Assembly (NCBI RefSeq): GCF_964204645.1
Contig: NC_134030.1
Location: 5,622,778 to 5,686,777, forward strand
DNA from: Tubulanus polymorphus
Taxonomy: Eukaryota > Animalia > Nemertea
DNA: 64,000 bases
Reading direction: 5' to 3'
In this document: positions 50,401 through 64,000 of the stretch, one piece after another
How the letters are laid out: each line of letters starts with the position of its first letter
Position numbering within the stretch: the stretch's first letter is position 1
Position numbers and translations under genes: made by a program
Notes under the pieces: model-generated
What the model was told of the DNA's origin: nothing
What the model saw: only the letters and a program-made list of their open reading frames with translations
Database searches by the model: none

Positions 50401-52245
50401 GGATTTCTCAAAATATTCAAATTATCTCCAGCACTATAAGATATCAATTAGTCAGCACTGAAAGGGTTAATAGGTGGTGCAATGGTGAAAAACATATATC
50501 CCTTTTCTTACTGTTGGCAATGATTGTGTAAATGTTGTATTTTCGGTTTCATTCAGGTCCAAATCTTCAGAACGCGTTCGTTTTCGAAGACGACGACGAT
50601 GACCCGAAAAAGAAAACGAAACGCGGAATTTTACCGAAACACGCGACGCAAGTGATGAAATCATGGCTTTTCCAACATATAGTGGTTCGTTTAGAAAGAA
50701 ATTTTCTGAATATTCTCCGCTTGCTAATAGTTGAATACATTGATATGACATATATTACAGTTATCATAATTGAAAATCATCTCATTTATCGGTAAATTGT
50801 TGATTGTTTAATTTCAGCATCCGTATCCAACTGAAGATGAAAAACGACAAATTGCTTCGCAAACGAATTTATCGCTTTTACAAGTCAATAATTGGTAAGT
50901 ATATTTTCCAGAGGTTTACGATTTTACATCAGCCCTACTGAAAATCAGCCACCCCTGTTCAAAAAACTGCTGCTACTCTACATGAATTGATGTTAATGTT
51001 CCACGTCAACGTACACTAAAGAATGAATGCAACTCCAAAACCAGCATTAAATGTAGAACACTGACAGGGTGGCCACCGACCTGGAAAACTCGGGAAATCA
51101 GAAAAAATCTGGAAAAAGACCAGGGAATTTTACTAAAAACCTGGAAAACTCGGGCAGTTGACCGCATGTTTCTTTATCAGTGCGCGATTCAATGAAAAAT
51201 TGATGAATTATAACATTTTAAACCTGAAAAGTTGTCTGGATTTTTGTGTAATCACATAGAAAAATCAGGGAAAACTCAGGAAATTTGTAAATGGGTAGAA
51301 AGTGGTGGCACCTTGATGGAGGACACTAGTTATTAGGATTTAAATGTTTACTGAGAGATGAATTCAAGTTATATATCTTAATCTCACAGGTTTATAAACG
51401 CGAGACGTCGTATTTTACAACCGATGCTCGACGCCAGTAACCCCGAACAGGCGAAAGTAAAAAAGAATCGACCGCAAAATCGTCCACTGCATCGATTCTG
51501 GCCGGATAGTATCGCGAACATTACGCCGCAGCTATCCACGACCGCGAGTAGTAACGATCAGAATAGTGTCGATAGTTCACAACCGGGAACGCCGACGTCC
51601 GATACGACCGTCGGGTCAGCGGCTGCTCAACTTCAGGCTCTTTCGTCACAGGCGGCCTTGAACCAAGTACAACAGACTACGCAAGGTCAGATGATCATAC
51701 CCGGAACTACGCGTAAGTCATCAAAAGGGTTTGCGGGTTTATTACAGGTCAAGGCATATTTTATTGAGTTTTCTTGAAAATCAGGGAATTTGTCTATGTG
51801 TTGTTCTTGCTGGTGATGAGTGAAACAACAAACCTCTTGAGAAGGAAAATCCCCATTGAGGATATCTTAAAATCTAATCAGGGAACTTTGGATCCCCTGA
51901 TCTGTAAGATTTAAATGCCACTACAGTAGACTTTGCTCGGCTTGGATTAGTTAAAAACTTTCCAAATACAATTCATATTATGACTCTTTAACAACTGGCC
52001 CCAGATTGATGAACCGGACGAATATACTTGAATGGTTGTTTATTTCAGTGGTGACTGCCGACGGACATCTTATCAATACAAACACGCCGGGAATATCGGT
52101 GAAAATTGACGGATTATCTCCGATGTTGAGCGGTCAGGGTAGTTCACAGGCTATTCTATTGAGCAGTATTTCACAGGGTAACGGTAATGCTAATCATGGA
52201 CTAGTACTCGATAACAGCGACACCGGATCCAGTTTAGGCGATTGA
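47448..52245 (+). CDS. PKNOX: TALE-class homeobox protein PKNOX/Prep, 9 coding exons
   Basis: Exons 47448-47611, 48039-48119, 48498-48669, 49272-49634, 50030-50150, 50557-50684, 50818-50894, 51390-51712, 52049-52245; phases consistent. [43 protein letters not shown]; homeodomain [61 protein letters not shown]; RFWP motif. These are Prep-type rather than Meis-type residues. Confidence 0.96.
49744..49876. mobile_element. Fold-back element with degenerate hammerhead-like core (family B)
   Basis: 15-bp inverted ends attaatgagcaaaac / gttttgctcattaat; minus strand CTGATGAAG...AAAAGTGTCAGAATAAA. Confidence 0.55.
50173..50466. mobile_element. piggyBac-like MITE family 1, copy 2
   Basis: TTAA|CCCTTTCAGTGC...GCACTGAAAGGG|TTAA. 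Confidence 0.92.
51065..51315. mobile_element. Degenerate hAT-like MITE
   Basis: CAGGGTGGCCAC start, GTGGCACCTTG end, internal (TC)AGGGAAAA/CTGGAAAA repeats. Confidence 0.55.
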
Positions 52246-52319
52246 ATGAGAGAGTTTGGTGGTCTATCGAGATTTGACTAGCAAATATCGAATGAATTGC
52301 GAAATTCTGCGCACTGTTA

Positions 52320-52573
52320 CAGGGTCCGATCTAAGCACTTGTCCGATTGCCCGGGACAAGTATATTCTCATCAGGGCAAGCAGGTAATCATCACTTGTCC
52401 GCCGGGCTTGTGCAATTCTATGTCACAAAGCTTTTTTCCCACTAGATACAGCGGAAGATAGTGCCACCAATCGGACTGCCTGTGAAGGGCAAGTATTTTT
52501 TGCAGGGGGCAAGCGAAATTTCAGATATGCTTGCCCTCGGGCAAGTGGCTTTCATTCCGTAGATCGGACCCTG
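52320..52573. mobile_element. MITE in the PKNOX 3' UTR
   Basis: Perfect 14-bp TIR CAGGGTCCGATCTA / TAGATCGGACCCTG; flanking direct repeat CTGTTA; internal GGGCAAG/CTTGTCC repeats. Confidence 0.85.
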
Positions 52574-54566
52574 CTGTTAAGTAAGTTACCAATCTTCTGT
52601 TTGGAATCGGCCTCTGAATGTCTGGATAGCAGATTGATACCTACTCTGTATACCCACACAAGGTACACGTATTATGTAACTGGTGATTATTATTGTTCAT
52701 AAGTGCCATAAATAAAACGTATACAAAATACATAGATTACTTTTCTATTCTGGTGTAAATATGAATGGCTAGTTGAAAACTAAAGCGGGACCTCGTCAAT
52801 ACAAATCTTGTGGGCAAAAGTGAGATTGTCGTATTAAATCTCCGCTGGGACATGCTGGAAATCATCATAATTAATAAACGGGTTACGTCTAAAACAGGTA
52901 TTAACGAGGATTAACTGTGTATAATGTTGTTCAGTAGATCCTGCTAAATCCGGATTTTCATCTAAGTCCGCGTATACGTAAATGTACCAGCATATAGAAA
53001 TATTATGTTTACGGAAATCCGGATTTCTCATAAACCTGATTGATTTCATCACAGATCTCGAATGATCCGGATTAAGCCGCTTCTACTTCGTTGTCATCAT
53101 TAGATTTGTAGTTCACGTAGCTATTAAAGAGTACATGTGACGTGTACCGGTAGTTTGCATTTATATTTCGCGACTAGGCGTAGTGGTGTAAATAAATAGT
53201 TTTCTCCCGATGAACTGGGGGTTCGTTTCATTGTAATATATAGCTATTTTCTTACAGAGCTTTACGAGTATTTTTCTGCTTATTCTCTCTCTTCTGTTTT
53301 ACGGTAGCGGCGTAGTATACGTAATCGTGTTCCATTCGGTGGGAAAAAATGTTTACGCAAAACAGAAGCAAACAGCGAATTTAATACTTCGATTGATATT
53401 GTTTAGTTTTTGATAAGAATTCCAATTAAGAACGCTATGCAAAAATAATTGTAATTTTAGTAATATTTAGCTGGTACTACGTAATTTCCTATTTTCCTTG
53501 TAGACTATGAGTAGTGTGTTAATGATATACGTGGTTTTATTTCGAGCTACATTTTGTAAAACTACATTTTCTTCAGGCAATATCGAGTGAAATGCAAGAT
53601 CTTAGTGTGAATTCTATTGAATATTCTGCTACGATTTAACGATTAATAGATAATTAGTATCAAGTGCGTACAAACTGCTTTCCGAAATCATTGGAATTTC
53701 AACAATCATGCTGGTGCTTTTGTAAATACAGCATTTTTTATATATAATCTGTAAAAATTAATGCCGATATGTAATTATAGTTTATGAATGGAAAAATGAA
53801 GGTACTTCGATCTGAGATTTTTGAGATCAGAGGCAAGATCTTTCTTTATGCATATTTTATGTAGTTTTAAATCTGTTAGATATTTCGACAAGACAGGGTT
53901 CAAATTAAAGCGTTTTGTAAATACGTATGAATAAATCATGATACCATGTGAACAAATATGATTTGTTTTGATATTGATACGCTCGAAAAATAAATGGATT
54001 ATGATATATACGAATAAAATGTTTCGTGTTTATTCTCAGTTTGAATAGGACTGGTCTTAGAATGAGAGTAGACTCACTTCTTCCTCGAGCTATAGTTTCA
54101 ATCCAAGATTGGACACTTATTTTCACCTAGATTGCTCTTAGCGTAAGAGGAATCATTTACTGTTCTCGCCTCAGAGATTGGGAAATTTCTGGTTGCCGTA
54201 CTTAAAATTAGCGTATTATCTCTTCAATCAGTGAATGAAGTTATTTGTAGAAAGTGAAGTAGCAAATCCTTTTCTGTGTTCTAGGGGCAGCCACCTGATA
54301 GATGTATTTATTGAACAGAATGCACAACAACAAGACTTGGAAGATCGCTCCGTATATTTTCATCATAAAATTAATGCATTCATCAACAAGACTTATCACA
54401 GATTATTAATTATTCATATTTTCTAGTAATATAAAGATTTCATGGACGGATTAATGATGATTATAACTAGACGACACAAACACAGAGATATACAAGAGAA
54501 GACTGAGTTTTCAATAATTTCCTTTAAAGAAGAACATAAAATATTTCGACACGATCGCTGTTGAGA

Positions 54567-62048
<7,482 letters not shown>

Positions 62049-62144
62049 TTTGCTGATTTCGTGTATATATCTATAGAAAAAATCACATTTTACGCCAAAT
62101 TATCAACAAGTCAATTATCTCCAGCTTAGAGAAAAATGGCCACT

Positions 62145-62158
62145 GTCTCCATAGTGAT
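62145..62158. promoter_or_regulatory. RFX X-box-like site upstream of CFAP91
   Basis: GTCTCCATAGTGAT about 100 bp upstream of the ATG; near the GTNNCC-AT-RGNAAC consensus. Confidence 0.45.
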
Positions 62159-64000
62159 ACAACAACAACATTTGTCATACAAGGGAAATCACGAACTGAA
62201 ATGTCGACACAGAATTTTGTCGCATTTTACGGATTCAGGTATTTCAAATAGATATATACATATATATTGTGCCAAGAAGAAGATTTATGCAGTTCACCTA
62301 ATATTGTATTAGGTAAAGTAAACTGCAAAAATCTCTGTACCGTTCCCGTTGATATGCGACAATTTGTGGGATTCGAACTCAAAAAATAAAGGCATCCTCG
62401 TCTCGCGCTCATTGTTTTATCAAAAAAGCCACCCGCTTCGAAACGCTACACAAACGAACCCTAAAATAGGTCAAACATTCGGATTCCATTGTAGATCGAA
62501 TGATATCGAGAAAGCGATCACAAATGCCTCCAGTTTATATCCTCGTCTCTATGGTGCTGGACCCAAAAAAAGACGAAAAAAAGTCCGAAAATGTTTCCTT
62601 GAGCCTGTGCACTTGTGCAGTGTAGGGTAGTTTTGACTTAATATCATTTTCGAAGGATTATCGCTATAATCATCGTCTCAACACGGATAATGTTTTCACC
62701 AAGTCAAATGGTAAAAAATAAATGAATATATGTGATAGATTTTTTAAGCAAACAAGCGAACAAGACCGGGCTTCTGTAGTAGGTCGCCTCATCGTGTCAA
62801 TACAAAGAATTTTCTTTTAACGCTCAGGCTGTATTTTATGCTGAAGGATTCAATTCAAATTCAATTATTTAACGTCTAACGAGTATGTAGGATGGATCGA
62901 TCAATGTCGGGGAGATGCATGCTGTAATCACAATCCCGTTGCTGATGATGATGTAACGGTTGACCAAATTTAAATCTAGACTAATCTAGACCAGTGGCTC
63001 CGATAGTGGAACGGGAGATGATTAGAATAGAAGTCCGACACAAGACAGGTAAAAAGCGGTCTCGTTTTTTGTATCCCTCGCGCTGAGTGGCGATTTTTTT
63101 CACAGAGTGTTTCCACCATTTTGTTCGCAGTGCGCATGCTCTGTGTAGGAAATTGAAAATTATGATCGATAGTGACACTACAGCACCTGCGCTAAAACAG
63201 TACTTCTATCTATTCATTGAGTTTCCAGAGAATGGATCTAATATTTTCCAAGTTTTCTGTTTTATAGATCTAGCCAAGTACTAACCGTCCTAACGACAAA
63301 CCCCCGAAGGTCGAAAGCGAGTGTCATTTTACTTTCAGACCATCAACCCATTTGTGCATCTAACCTACAAATAAGAATCTGATCAAATATAGGCTAATCA
63401 TTGATTCTACCGCGTTCTAAACCTTTCTAAACAGCGTTGGAGTAACGACGATTTTTTTCGAGCTATGCGGGATAAAGGAAATCATATTTTGCCTTGTCCG
63501 GTTAGTGTTTGGCATCATTCAAAAACGTATGTTACTCTTTTACTACAGAGGCATGAGCTTATTGAAAGGGATATGCGTAGTGTGATTTGGTCATGTTTGA
63601 TCAAATACAAGATTGGGTCATTGAAAATCTCTGTGAACGGAAAAACTAAATCAACATCTACATGAAATGATTTACAAACACGGCAATATTTCGGGTTTAT
63701 TTTTCTGAACACTACATGTATAACCACAACTAAAATAACGACTGTTGACATTATCGTCGGTTCAAGAACCAGGGACAGGGGTCGGGGTATGTGTATATAT
63801 AAATTTCTTTGAAAAAGATAAGAAAAAAAAACCGATAACCATCAATATTCATCTGATAAAGCGCTTATTGAACTTTCGCCGATCTTACGCAAGGTTTAGC
63901 CTACTGCATTATTCAAGCAGCTGAAAAGTATTCACTTCACATGTTATTAGAAATATCGCGATTTCGTCAACGGAATAAGTGCAGAAAAAATTACAATGGT

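Noticed and set aside
47448-52245. Meis/homothorax or TGIF identity for the TALE gene
   Set aside because: [24 protein letters not shown] and the RFWP motif are PKNOX-type.
62200-64000. Short ORFs upstream of CFAP91
   Set aside because: No recognisable motifs or consistent exon chain.

Overview
Intron-rich, AT-rich animal genomic DNA; the Hox1 homeodomain type suggests a lophotrochozoan/spiralian invertebrate (inference, species not determined). The window covers the 3' (labial) end of a Hox locus: the homeobox exon of Hox1/labial (11756-12081, missed by the ORF track) plus a candidate 42-nt linker micro-exon 10 kb upstream. Downstream lie a tRNA-Arg(UCU)-like gene with a broken anticodon arm, a secreted Gly/Ser/Tyr/Asp tandem-repeat protein, an MS4A/CD20-like 4-TM gene, two head-to-head pairs (ACBD4/5 with intronless CREBZF; SPAG16 with ORC4), the TALE gene PKNOX/Prep and CFAP91. 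Introns carry several MITE families and tRNA-derived SINE pieces. The most striking signal is a set of short fold-back insertions carrying minimal (Penelope-type) hammerhead ribozyme motifs. One (57990-58184) is intact, has a perfect 74-bp inverted repeat and a 13-bp target-site duplication, and lies on the sense strand of a CFAP91 intron. Other highlights are the Hox1-PKNOX linkage within about 35 kb and a U12-type first intron in SPAG16. All gene models were built by hand from splice signals and remembered family motifs; no database search was run.
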